Origin: an uncultured Planctomycetaceae bacterium
Lineage (GTDB): Bacteria > Planctomycetota > Planctomycetia > Planctomycetales > Planctomycetaceae
Direction of reading: 5' to 3'
Length of the DNA: 64,000 nucleotides
Assembly: GCA_963813715.1 (NCBI GenBank)
Contig: CAWFAK010000009.1
Location: 320,001 to 384,000, forward strand
A program made the position numbers and the translations under genes. This document shows, one piece after another, positions 7,431-18,160 of the stretch (position 1 is its first letter; every line of letters starts with the position of its first letter). The notes below the pieces were generated by a model. It saw only the letters and a list, made by a program, of their open reading frames with translations, was not told the origin of the DNA and searched no databases.

Positions 7431-10031
7431 ATGCGGATTTTTCTGACGCTGGCCACTCTGTTGGCCTTGCACGCGACCCTCGATTCCGGCGGACTTTATG
7501 CCGGCGACGAACTGCCCGGGCTCACTGAAGGTGCTCTCGTTCCGGCCGTGACAACCCAAGCCGGGTGCGACACTTCGGTCTACCATCTCGAACATGCCCA
7601 CGCGGCCCAGTTGATTGGCCGCGTGAAGAGTTTGATCACCCAGATCTCGGCCTACGCGGCAGATGAAGACGTCGCGTCGCTGCCGAAGTCGCTGGTCCTC
7701 TTGTCGACGACCACCGACGACACGATCATCGCGATCTGCCCCAAGGCCCACGCGGCCCTGGTGAAGCACGCCATCAAGTCGTGCGACACGCTCAAGCAGT
7801 ACGCCGTCAAAGTGCAGCTGTTCGAAGTCGCCGACAACGGCAAGACGATTCCGGTCGGCGGTCCCCACCTGCTCATCGGTCGCTCGGGCAACCTGCAGTG
7901 CGCGGCTGACGGCGAAGCGGTGAGCGTCGATTTCAAAGTCGATTTAGTCACGCCTGCAACGTCCGCGGCGTCAACCGATCCCGCTGAGGGCGAGTCCGCC
8001 GAGGCCGCCGGCAGCGAAGCGTGCGCCGCCTGCGGAACGGCCGGACGCTGCCACCTCGATTGCCCGCCGCCGATCGGCGAAATGGCGGTCGAATCGGGCT
8101 GCGGCGCTTGTACGGAAACGAGCGGCCCCGAAACCACCGCGGCCGAGTCCGCCAGTTCGGCCTGCTGCAGCGAGAATGGCACGTGTACAGCCATGAGCGG
8201 CACCTGCGCGGCCTGCAAGTCGGGCACGTGCGCGGCGTGCAAGACCGGCACGTGCGCAGCCTGCAAGACAGGCACGTGCACCGGCGAGTGCTGCGCTGCG
8301 GGCTGTTGTCATGGCCAGGCGGCTGCCGGTTCGTGCACCGCCAGCGGCTGCAAGTGCGACGGCTCCTGCTGCCACTCCAGCGACGACGGCGAGAGCGCTT
8401 CCTCCACGACCAGCTACGAAGAAACCTCGACCGAATGTCCGGCTTGTCACGCGGGCAAGCAATTCAGCGTCGGCCTGGGCTTCGGCACGGGCCCCGGCCT
8501 GCACCTCGTCGGACCGATCGTCTGGTTCAACAAAGGCACCGAGTCGCGTTGTGCCGCGTGCGAAGCGACCAATCAAATTGCCGATTCGGATGACGGTCAC
8601 GATTTCGAGTCGAGCAACATGGTTCCGCCGGCTCCGGCCGCTCCCGCTGAGGGACAGTCGTTCGTCGTCACGACGGACGGCGCCGGACACATCCTCGTGA
8701 ACGCAACGCCGGGGCTGGTCGACGGCAACATGATCTTCGTCAGCGGGCCGCCGCAGATCTCCTGCTCGCAAGCCGGCTGCGGAATCAACTTCGTCCCGGC
8801 GAAGACGATTTTCGGGGCCCAGGTGCTGAGCGCCGGCGATGACTCTGCCGAAAACACTCCCCCGGGCGACCATTCGGGCTCGAGCTGCACCCACGGTTGT
8901 CCCGCGATTAGCTACGATCACCTTGAATTAGGCCCTAACGACCTGTGCGATCCCGCCAAGCTCCTCAAGAGCAAGGGCAAACTGACCGGGGCCAAGGTGT
9001 TCAGCTTCTATGTGGACGCGGAAAACACGCCGCCGGGCGACCACTCGGGCTCGAGCTGCACGGACGGCTGTCCGTTGGCGGTCACGGGTCTCGACGAGGT
9101 GCCGGCCACGCCGAATGCTCCCTGCAGCTGTGAAGAGCCTGCCGAGGGAACGCAGGCTCCGGGCGCCGAGCCGCCTGCCTTGTTAACCCTGTCGCAGCAC
9201 AAGGACCCGGCGTCGGGCTTGCCGTCCGCGCCAGCCTGGCAGGAAGAATTGCTCAAGGCCTTCCGCGGTCGCCGTCTCAGCGAACTGTTTGAGCCGCAAG
9301 CCGGCCAGGCTACAGGCGCACACGATCTCGGCCGCCTGCTGGCCGAATTTCCCAAGCACCCCGGCATCGTCGCGGGCCATAGCGGCCACAGCTTGACGAT
9401 CGTCGACATGCCGGACCGCGTGCGAATCTTCGAGTGCGACCCCAGCCATCCGGCGACCGAGAAAGTCTCCGAATGTGCCAACACGAGCGTTCTCAACACG
9501 TGTTCCAACTGCCGTGAAGAGTTCCGGGTCTTCCTGGAAGAAATGTTCCGCGGCACGCAAGCCACCGACGAAATCGCCCAGGCCGCGCATCACGAAGGGG
9601 ACGTCAAGGCGACGGAAGCCGCCCGCGACCTGCCCAACGTGACGCACTCGAAGATCGCGGCCGTCACCATCGCCTATCCGCTGCGTGATCTGGTGCTGTG
9701 CGACGACGCCGGCCGGCCGGTCTTCGACACCTGCACGATCATCGATCACCTGCAGTCTGCCGTGGCTCCGGAGAGCTGGTCGCACCCCAGCGTCTCGATT
9801 CAGCTCGATCAGCAATCGGTGAGCCTGGTCGTCAAGCAGACGGCCGAGGTGCATCAGAAAATTGCCGATCATCTGCGCTACCTGCGCCGGCTGCAGGTCA
9901 AGCAGATTTGCGGCCTGATCGAAAAGATGTCGGGCGACGTGGACGACAACAGCGAGCCGACGCCTGCGACTGAAGCGGTCACGCCGACTGCCGACGTCGA
10001 ACTGGGCCCGGCCCTCCCCGTCGGCAAGTAG
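7431..10031 (+). CDS. Secreted Cys-rich protein with secretin-N3-like terminal domains
   Basis: Signal peptide; N-terminal VYHLEHAHAAQL..SCDTLKQYAVKVQLFEV and C-terminal IDHLQSAVAPESW..SLVVKQTAEVHQKIADHL resemble secretin N domains; central CxxC-rich region. Confidence 0.7.
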   Translation: MRIFLTLATLLALHATLDSGGLYAGDELPGLTEGALVPAVTTQAGCDTSVYHLEHAHAAQLIGRVKSLITQISAYAADEDVASLPKSLVLLSTTTDDTIIAICPKAHAALVKHAIKSCDTLKQYAVKVQLFEVADNGKTIPVGGPHLLIGRSGNLQCAADGEAVSVDFKVDLVTPATSAASTDPAEGESAEAAGSEACAACGTAGRCHLDCPPPIGEMAVESGCGACTETSGPETTAAESASSACCSENGTCTAMSGTCAACKSGTCAACKTGTCAACKTGTCTGECCAAGCCHGQAAAGSCTASGCKCDGSCCHSSDDGESASSTTSYEETSTECPACHAGKQFSVGLGFGTGPGLHLVGPIVWFNKGTESRCAACEATNQIADSDDGHDFESSNMVPPAPAAPAEGQSFVVTTDGAGHILVNATPGLVDGNMIFVSGPPQISCSQAGCGINFVPAKTIFGAQVLSAGDDSAENTPPGDHSGSSCTHGCPAISYDHLELGPNDLCDPAKLLKSKGKLTGAKVFSFYVDAENTPPGDHSGSSCTDGCPLAVTGLDEVPATPNAPCSCEEPAEGTQAPGAEPPALLTLSQHKDPASGLPSAPAWQEELLKAFRGRRLSELFEPQAGQATGAHDLGRLLAEFPKHPGIVAGHSGHSLTIVDMPDRVRIFECDPSHPATEKVSECANTSVLNTCSNCREEFRVFLEEMFRGTQATDEIAQAAHHEGDVKATEAARDLPNVTHSKIAAVTIAYPLRDLVLCDDAGRPVFDTCTIIDHLQSAVAPESWSHPSVSIQLDQQSVSLVVKQTAEVHQKIADHLRYLRRLQVKQICGLIEKMSGDVDDNSEPTPATEAVTPTADVELGPALPVGK
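8199..8279 (+). repeat. 24-bp coding tandem repeat (GTCAACK[S/T] x3 plus GTC)
   Basis: Units start at 8199, 8223, 8247 and 8271. Confidence 0.9.
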
Positions 10032-10068
10032 TCGCCGACAGTGACAGTTTTCGACTGACAAAACGCGA

Positions 10069-10102
10069 AGCCCGCAGGAAGACGTTCCCTGCGGGCTTTG
10101 TT
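10069..10102. terminator. Intrinsic terminator between convergent genes
   Basis: AAGCCCGCAGG-loop-CCTGCGGGCTT followed by TGTT. Confidence 0.7.
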
Positions 10103-10137
10103 CATGGAGGGGCCGACACTCGGCGGCCGGCGCTCCG

Positions 10138-11544
10138 TCAGATGTCGTCGATCTCTTCCGCGATTTCCTCGGCCGGCTCGGGCGCCTCTTCCAGGCTGGG
10201 GGCCGTTTCGTCCGGCTTGTCGCGCTGGCGGAAATAGAGCCGGATCGGCACTTCGCAAAACGGCAGCGATTCGTGCAGCACGGTCAGCAAGTACCGCTTC
10301 CACGCCTCGTCGAACACGGCTGGGTCGTTGCACTTGAGCACAATGGTCGGCGGCTCCGTGCTCACCTGCGTCACGTAATACACCTTCGCCCGGCGATTCT
10401 TCCGCAGCGGCGGCTGATTCTCGAGCAGAGCCTGCCGCACCAGCCGGTTGAGTTTGCCAGTCGAGACGCGGATCCGCGTCTGCTTGAACAGGTTCTGCGC
10501 GAGGTTGACCAGCTTGCGGACGTTGCGCCCATCCTTGGCCGTTAGGAAGGCGACCGGCACGTACCGCATGGTGCCGAAGCTTTTGAGCAAGTACTCCGAC
10601 CAGGCCTCCGTCGTCATCTCGGGAACGCTGTCCCACTTGTTGACGACGAAGATGCACGGCTTATTGTGCGTGGCGATCTCGTCGACCAGTTGCACGTCGA
10701 CCCGTGAAATCGTCTCCTTGGCGTCGAAGAACATCAGCACGACGTCGGCCCGGCGGATGCTGCGCTTGGCCCGCACCAGCCCATAAAACTCGACGTCGCT
10801 GGCGAGGCTCTTCCGCTTGCGGACGCCCGGCGTGTCGATCGCCAACAGCCGCTTGCCGTCGACCTCGAAGCGGATATCGACGCTGTCGCGCGTCGTCCCC
10901 GGCACTTCGCTCACGATCACCCGCTCGCTCTCGGCCAGCGCGTTGATGAACGTGCTCTTGCCTACGTTGCGGCGGCCGACGATCGCCAGCTTCAGCTCCG
11001 GCTCGGCCGCCAGCACCGCCCCCTGCGTCGACTCGACGTCCGACGCGGGCGGCAAGTTTTCGACAATGGCCGTCAGCAACTCGTCGCGGTTGCGGTTCGC
11101 CTTCACGCTGGTGACGATGAGCGGCCCCTCGCAGAGCCGACGGAACTCGTGGACCTCGGCATCGGTCCGGGTCGAATCGCACTTGTTGACGACGAGCAGC
11201 TTCGGCTTGTCGATTCGCCGCAGCCGCTCCGCCACTTCGACGTCGAGGGTCATCGGACCGCTCGATCCGTCGACGACGAACAGCAGCAGGTCGGCCTGCT
11301 CGATCGCGATCCGGATCTGGTCTTCGATCTGCTCGGTCAGGTCATCGATGTCCTCGATGCCGATGCCGCCGGTGTCGATCAGCTCGAAGTAGCGGTCCCC
11401 CTCCTGGACCAGGTGCTCGACCCGGTCGCGGGTGACGCCGGCCGTCGGATCGACGACGGAAATAAACCGACCGGCCAGCCAGTTGAAGAGCGAACTCTTC
11501 CCGACATTCGGCCGACCGAGAATGGCAACCTTGGGAACAGACAT
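10138..11544 (-). CDS. der: Ribosome biogenesis GTPase Der (EngA)
   Basis: Two G domains (GRPNVGKS/DTGG/NKCD and GRRNVGKS/DTPG/NKWD) and a KH-like C-terminus. Confidence 0.97.
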   Translation of the reverse strand: MSVPKVAILGRPNVGKSSLFNWLAGRFISVVDPTAGVTRDRVEHLVQEGDRYFELIDTGGIGIEDIDDLTEQIEDQIRIAIEQADLLLFVVDGSSGPMTLDVEVAERLRRIDKPKLLVVNKCDSTRTDAEVHEFRRLCEGPLIVTSVKANRNRDELLTAIVENLPPASDVESTQGAVLAAEPELKLAIVGRRNVGKSTFINALAESERVIVSEVPGTTRDSVDIRFEVDGKRLLAIDTPGVRKRKSLASDVEFYGLVRAKRSIRRADVVLMFFDAKETISRVDVQLVDEIATHNKPCIFVVNKWDSVPEMTTEAWSEYLLKSFGTMRYVPVAFLTAKDGRNVRKLVNLAQNLFKQTRIRVSTGKLNRLVRQALLENQPPLRKNRRAKVYYVTQVSTEPPTIVLKCNDPAVFDEAWKRYLLTVLHESLPFCEVPIRLYFRQRDKPDETAPSLEEAPEPAEEIAEEIDDI

Positions 11545-11555
11545 GGGATCACAAA

Positions 11556-11654
11556 GGCGAGCGGCCGGTGTCAGCCGGCCGGTTCTTTTTTTTCAAAATC
11601 AAAAGACGAAGAACCGGAGGACAAGAACCGGCGGGCTGACACCCGCCGCTCGCC
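11556..11654. repeat. REP doublet (REPIN-like)
   Basis: GGCGAGCGGCCGGTGTCAGCCGGCCGGTTCT ... AGAACCGGCGGGCTGACACCCGCCGCTCGCC around an A/T-rich spacer. Confidence 0.85.
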
Positions 11655-11662
11655 CGGGCCGG

Positions 11663-14600
11663 TTACTTCGACTCGGAGATGCCCAGCTTCATCTCGTCCG
11701 AGTTGGCTTTAAGTTCCGGAGCGTACATTCCGGAGCCCGTTGCCGGCAACGCGCTGAACCGGCCGGGGATTTCCGCCCGCATGCGGTAGCGGAGGCTGTG
11801 CCGGCCGCGGGGCAGCTCGCGGAGGAAAAGATTGATCTTTTCATCGCGCAGCTCGACGAAAGCCGGCAGCCCCTGGGCATTGTAGCCGCTTTGCACGTCG
11901 AATGGCTCGACTCCGGCCGCTTTGGGGTCGGCCAGCACGATATGCTCGTAATCGTTCTTGCTGTCGACGATCAGCTCGATCTCGAGCAGGTCGCCGCTTT
12001 TGACCTCGCTGCCGGTGTTCAAAAGCTCGCGGCGATACTTCTCCCGCCGCTCGGAAACGACCTGCCCCCGCGACCCGGCGGCGTTCGCCTCCTCGTCAGC
12101 CCGCGTCAGCTTGTAATATGCCCGGTCGACCTTGATCTCGAGCCCGGCGCGGTTGATGAACTCCTCAAGCGTGAAGGTCGTGAGGTAGGCGTTGAAGTAG
12201 AGCGGGCCCGTGCCGCGCTTCTTCAGCTCGATCTTGTGCGATCCCGTGCCCAGCGCGTCCCCTGCGACGGCCACCCGATCGTCGTAAGTGAAGAGATCGG
12301 CCGCCGTGATCGAAACCTCTTTGACTTTGCGGCCGTCGACCAGCACGTCCACCGTCAGGTCGGGCCGGTCCTCGCCGCTGGCTTTCCAGTAGTCGGCCAG
12401 CGCCTCGATGGCGATGGCCGTGTCGCGGGTGCTGTTCCAGTACGTGGCGTGCTTGCGGTTGTTGAGCAGGTACTTGGCCAACCGCGACGCCTTTTCCCCC
12501 TTGGGGTCGGTCCGGGCGAGCAGCTTGAGGTAATAGGCGTTGGCCTCGGTGTCGCTGTCGTACCAGAACCACCAGAACGAGCCCTCGGGCATCTTGAGAT
12601 ACGCCGTCTGGTTCTCGTCGTCCTGCACGAGATACTGGTCGATGTTGCGAACGATCATCGCCAACCGCTCGTTGGCCTTCACCTTCTCCAGGGCCAATCC
12701 GAAGATTCCCTTTGCGTAGACGCTGAGCTTCGTCCGGTCACGATACAAAAAGTCCTGCATCTCGCTGCTGTTGACGTCGGCATCGACGAGCACCAGGTAC
12801 ACGAGTGCGTCGATGTTGTCCGCGTACTGCTTCGTCCGCTCGAGCGACGGTTTTGACTTGTCATAGCGCTTGAGCCGGACCAGTTGATCCTCCTGGTAGG
12901 CCTTCAACCAGGCGACCCCTTTTGTGAGCATCTCAGGCACGAGGGCCACGCCGTTTTGCTGCGCGAGCTGCAGACCGTGAACGATCAGGGCCGTTTGATG
13001 CGGCTCGGAATGCTCGCCCCAGCCGGAGAACCAGCCCCAGCCGCCGTCGGCAAGCTGCATTTCGGTGAGCGTCTGCACGCCCGCCTTCACCATGCGGGTG
13101 ACCTCGGCATTGTCGAAGACCGGGTTTTCCTCGAACCGCTTCCAACCGGCGGCTCGCACGGCCGCGTCGCCCAGCTCCTGGGCGTTGAGATCGGCCCGTT
13201 TCTTCTTAATCTGCGCCAGGTCAAGGTTCATCCGCTTGAGAATGCCCTGCACGATGACCGTCGGCAGGAAGCGATTGAGCGTGCAATCGGTCGTGTTGTG
13301 CGGATAGCGGACGAGATACGGCAGCGCATCGACGAGCGCAGCCGCCAGGCTGGGCGAATAGCGGATTTCCAGGAGCGTATCGTTCACCCGCCGCCGCTCG
13401 GGGACCACGATCTGGAACGTGGCCGAATTCTTGTCGGGGCGGATCGAGCCGGAATAGGCCTCGGTTTTCAGCATGCCGTGGACGCGGACGGGGAAATGCA
13501 TCTCAACGGCGTCGGACTCTTCGTCGGTGAGCGCCTTCATGCGGACGACGGCCTCGCCCTCGGCAGTCGCCTTCACCCGCCAATCGACCCGCGTTTCGCC
13601 GCCGGCGGCCACTTCAACCGTCTTTTCGCTCGGATCGAGCGGCGTGAGCGACTTGCCGTCGAACTCGATCACCGTCCGCACACTTTTCGACGATTTGAGG
13701 CGGTTATGCACGATGGCCGAGAGGACGACTTCGTCCGTCTCGACAAAGAACCGCGGAGCCTCCATCCGCACGAGCAAGTTCTTGGTCGTGACGATTTCGG
13801 CCGCGCCCTCGCCCACCCGTGTGCCGGGTGCCAACGTCCACGCGCGAATCTTCCACGTCGTCAAATTCTCCGGCAGCGGAAAAGCCACCGTGGCGTAGCC
13901 GTCGGCATCCGCCTCGAGCCGGGCGTTCCAATAGGCTGTGTCCGCAAACTGCGAGCGGACCGTCGGCTGGACTTCTTCGGGAGCCTTTTTTAGTCCTCCC
14001 ATTCCCCCACCACCCATGCCGGCCGCCTCTCTTGCGTTGAAGAGGGGCGCGCCGGCGACGGCGGCCGGCGCAGCGGCCTTTCCGTCGCTGTCGGCCAATC
14101 CAACGTAGTCATAGGAAATCGTCTTCCGGCCCCACCGTCGACCCGACCCCTGTAAAAACGTAGCGTCGCGCTCATCTGCTGGATTGCCTTCGACAGCCTC
14201 GCCGAATACGCCAACGGCGCTCATTGGCGTCTCCCTCGGTTTGACGAGGTCAAAACCAGTTCGGTCCAGGCTCGACTCGGTTATCGGACTATGCGTGCGA
14301 CGAAAATCCCAGAAGAACTTTCGGATGTCCGCCATGTTTGATCCGCCCGAGATGTACTCGACGCTCTTGTCGTAAACCGAAACCACGATCGAGCCGCGGA
14401 CCGGCTTTCCGTCCCGGTCGGTCAGCTTGATTCGCGTCTGGCTTTGGGCGCCCGGCTTGTAGTCGTGAGCGGACGGCTCGACCGACACGTCAACGACGCG
14501 TTTCTCCGGCGGCACGATGATCTCGCGAGATTCGGAATAGAGGCGACCGTCCGAAATCGTGAAAGCCTCGACGAAGAAGTTTGGCATGTCGCCCTGGCGG

Positions 14601-17600
14601 ACGTCGATCTCCGTGACGACGCTCTTCCCGGAAAGGTGCACGATCTGCGGCTTGGAATAGGCTTCATTGGTGGGCCGCACGAAAAGAAAGACCGTGCTGT
14701 CGGGGCGATTCGTGTTGATCAACAGCCGCACGCGTTCGCCCGGCTTGTATTCGCGGCGGTCGGCGATCAGCTCGAGGTCGTTGAAGCGGAACTTCGCGCT
14801 GTCGAACCCTTGGCCCAAAATGGTGAAGACGACGGCCCCTTCAATCGTCCGCTGCTTGGCGTCGGTCACCTTGTAGGCCAGGCGATACTGCCCCGGTTCG
14901 GACGCTTTGATCTGCAAGTGGGCCTGCCCCTGTGCGTCGGGATCGACGTTCCAGGTCTGAGCGGCCGTTTCGACCGGTTTCTTGTCGGCACCGTAAGTCA
15001 CACGGTAGAGGCTGACGACGCCTTTTCCCGCGACCGGCTTGCGATCGAGGGTTTGCGCCGTGAACTGGGCCTCGATGGCGTCGCCGGCGCGGTAATAGCC
15101 GCGATCGGTCCAAGCGAATACGTCGAACGGCTTGCGGGCGACGAGGACTTCCCCGGAGCCGACGATCGTCCGCCGCGATTGGTCCACGACCTCCGCGCGA
15201 ATCTCGTAGCGGTGATTCGTGTCGCCGTGCAGCTCCTTGGCCAGTGCCGTATCGATGGGCACGGTGACGGTGCCGTCCGGGCCGATGGGCACCGTCTGAT
15301 CGGCGACGACTTCCGGCGGGGTGAAACTGAAGCGAGGCCCCCACGAAGTTTGCGGCCGCGGCAGATCCCCAATCCCGCCAACCGGGATACCACGTGTAGT
15401 CGGGCCAGAACCACCAGTAGCCGGGCCCGAAACACCAGTCCCAGAACGCGACGGGGTACCAGCGCTCCGCGTAGCTGGTCCGGGTGATCGTGTAGTGCAC
15501 ATTGGCCTGAGTGACCGGGCCGCCGAAGTAATAAGACGCCTTGATGGTCGCCGTGAATTTGTCGCCCAGCGCCACCGGCTCGGTCGGCGCGGAAACGGTC
15601 ACTTCGAATTCCGGCTTCTTGTACTCCTCGACGCGAAACGAAACGCCGCCGGCAACATCCGGGTGATCTTCGATCGTGAGCGAATAGCCGCCGAGCGCCG
15701 CATCATCGGGGAGACGAAAGTCGCCGTCGAAACCGCCGAAGCTGTCGGCTGTGTATGTTTTCTCAAGAAGCAATTCGCCACGCGAGTTGTTGAGGCGAAT
15801 CTTGAACGTCTGCCCCGCATATTTGGACGCCAGCGGCGCGTCGTACTTCGATTGGGCGACCCAGATCTTCCAGTGCAGTGTCTGCCCCGGACGGTAGACG
15901 GGCCGATCGGTCAGGCCGAAAACCTTTCCCACCTCGGAGACATCGTTTTCCGCATCCGAACCGCTGTACCAGATCCAATCGAAGCCCAGGAACGCCAGCC
16001 GTTGCCCCTGCCGGGCCACCGCGACCCACTGGTACTCCTTGAGCAGTTGTTGGCCGTCGACGGCAGCCTGCCCGTCGGCGCCGGTCGATTCGGCGAAGTT
16101 GGCTGTGAGGATCTCCGGCGGCTGGCGGTCGCGGTTTTGTTGTTTGAAGCCGAAGAATTCGATGTTCGCTCCCCCGATCGGCCGGCCGTCGATCGCATCG
16201 GCCACGACGTAGAGCGCGCCGGAATGCATGGGCTTGCGGACGAGGACCGTGTCGGCAATCCAGACGACAATGCGGCTCACGTTGCCGCCATCAAGCCGGC
16301 CCGTCACCAGATAGGCGCCCGCTCGCTGCAGCGGCAACGCGACTTCGATCTGCCGGTCGAGATGCTCGGGACGCGGATCGAGGCCGAGCGACCATTGGGC
16401 GACGCGTTCGCTGAGATACTGCGTCTGGTTCTCGACAACCAGGCGATAGCCGATCTGCCCCAGGTCGATCTTCGACATATCGAGGGAGCGTGGCCGCGAT
16501 TTGATATAGGCCTTCACGTCGGCAAAGAGCTTTTCGATGTTGATCGCGTGCGCTTCCAGCTCGAGCCGCTTGCCGTTGCGGAAGCGGAACGGCACCGTGC
16601 GCCCGGCGGTGGCGGGCTGCGTCGGCGTCGGCTCGAAGCGGCCCCAATTGCCCACGATCTGATCGAGCCGCTTCTGCCACGAATCCTGCGGCCCGCGACC
16701 GAAGCGACGAATCAGCTCGCTCCAAACGTCGGCCGCCCGCGGATATTGGCGGCGGTTCTCGTAGATCGAAGCCAGCGCCATCAGGGCTCGCGTCGCCTCG
16801 GCCCTCTGACCGTCATGGGCGACTTGTCGATAAATCCGCAGGTAATTGAACTCGTCTGGTAGCTTGAAACGCTTGACGCCCGTCGCCAGGCGGGCGAGCG
16901 TCTCGTCGTCGGTGAGTGTGCGAACCTGCAGCGGCGCTGCCAGACTCTCGTCGCTCCCGAACGCGCGTCCGTACTCCACCAGGGTTTGCACACCGAACTG
17001 CGCGTGCAGAAAGTCGGCCAGTTGCAGCGCGGCCTGGTCTTTCTTCGCCGGCGAGGTGGCGCCCGCTTGCGAGAGAGCCCAACGCCAGCGCTCGCCATCC
17101 GATTTGGCCGCGGCCCAGCTCGCGGGCACGTGATGAAAGACCGGATTGCCGGCGGCATCGACCGGCGCGCCCTGCGATTCTCCGCGGCCGACACGCCAGC
17201 GGAGCGAAACCGCCTTGGCTTCGTAATCCGGCAGCTTCGCGAGATCGGTGAGAGCCTGCAGCTGCCAGGCCGCGAGGCCGTTTTGAATTTCCCGCGCCAG
17301 GTCGAGGTAAAAGCCGGCGACGGCATTGCGATCCGGCTCACTGGCGAGCAGGGGCAGCGCTTGCTGCAAGAGTTGCAGCGTGCGGACACGGTCACGCGCG
17401 ATCGAACCGGCGTAATTGCCGCCGCCACGTTGGAAGCCGCGGTGAAACTCGTTGCCGATCATCTGCCCGAAATGCTGGTCGCGTGCCAGGCTGTCGGCCG
17501 CCGCCTGCAGCAACCGCCAGTTCTGGGCGTGCGCGGCGATCACCGCTTCGCGAAACGCGTCGATTTCGTTTTCACGCGCCAGACGTTGGAGAGTCTGCAC

Positions 17601-17834
17601 GCCGCGTTCGAGGTCGTGGCTGACGAGCCTGGGATCGTCGTCGCGATCGAGGGCTAGCTTGCGATAAAGCTCCCACGCGTCGCGATAGTTGCCGGCTTTG
17701 AAGGCGGCGCCGGCCTGTTTCCGCGCGTCGGCCGGCGACGGATCGGCGGCGAAGAAGCGAGCGACGGCGGCCAGACACAGAACCGCGGCGAAAAGAATCA
17801 CGCCGCCGCGTGACTTGAAAGCGCGCAAAGTCAT
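11663..17834 (-). CDS. Alpha-2-macroglobulin family protein (one frameshift near 15350)
   Basis: Signal peptide; TDRPVYRPGQ and FRVEEYKKPEF (MG domains), FADTAYW, PENLTTW, QLADGGWGW, ALPATGSGMYAPE; ORFs 14841..17834 and 11663..15502 join. Confidence 0.92.
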
Positions 17835-17922
17835 TGGGGGTCTCTCCAGGCCAACCGCCTATCGTTAGACGACCGCGCACCGCTCACAGTTCCCGGTCAT
17901 CGCACGGCGTGGAGAGTATCCT

Positions 17923-18044
17923 GGCGAGCGGCGGGTGTCAGCCCGCCGGTTCTGGTTTCCCTGATCCGCTGTGCTTCCTTTGACTTCAACCTCAAGTTGA
18001 CCATGAAGAAGCAAGAACCGGCGGGCTCACACCCGCCGCTCGCC
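17923..18044. repeat. REP doublet (REPIN-like), same family as 11556..11654
   Basis: GGCGAGCGGCGGGTGTCAGCCCGCCGGTTCT ... AGAACCGGCGGGCTCACACCCGCCGCTCGCC. Confidence 0.85.
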
Positions 18045-18059
18045 TGCTTGGCTCGAGCG

Positions 18060-18103
18060 CAAAAAAAACCGAGCGGGGACGCCGTCTTGGTCGTCCCCGC
18101 TCG
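18060..18103 (-). terminator. Rho-independent terminator of the YTV-type gene
   Basis: Minus strand CGAGCGGGGACG-loop-CGTCCCCGCTCG followed by G and a run of T. Confidence 0.85.
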
Positions 18104-18160
18104 TAACAGAGAGCGAGCTGGCCCAGGTTGGTTATCCCGACTGGGCCATCGGGGTTGAGC

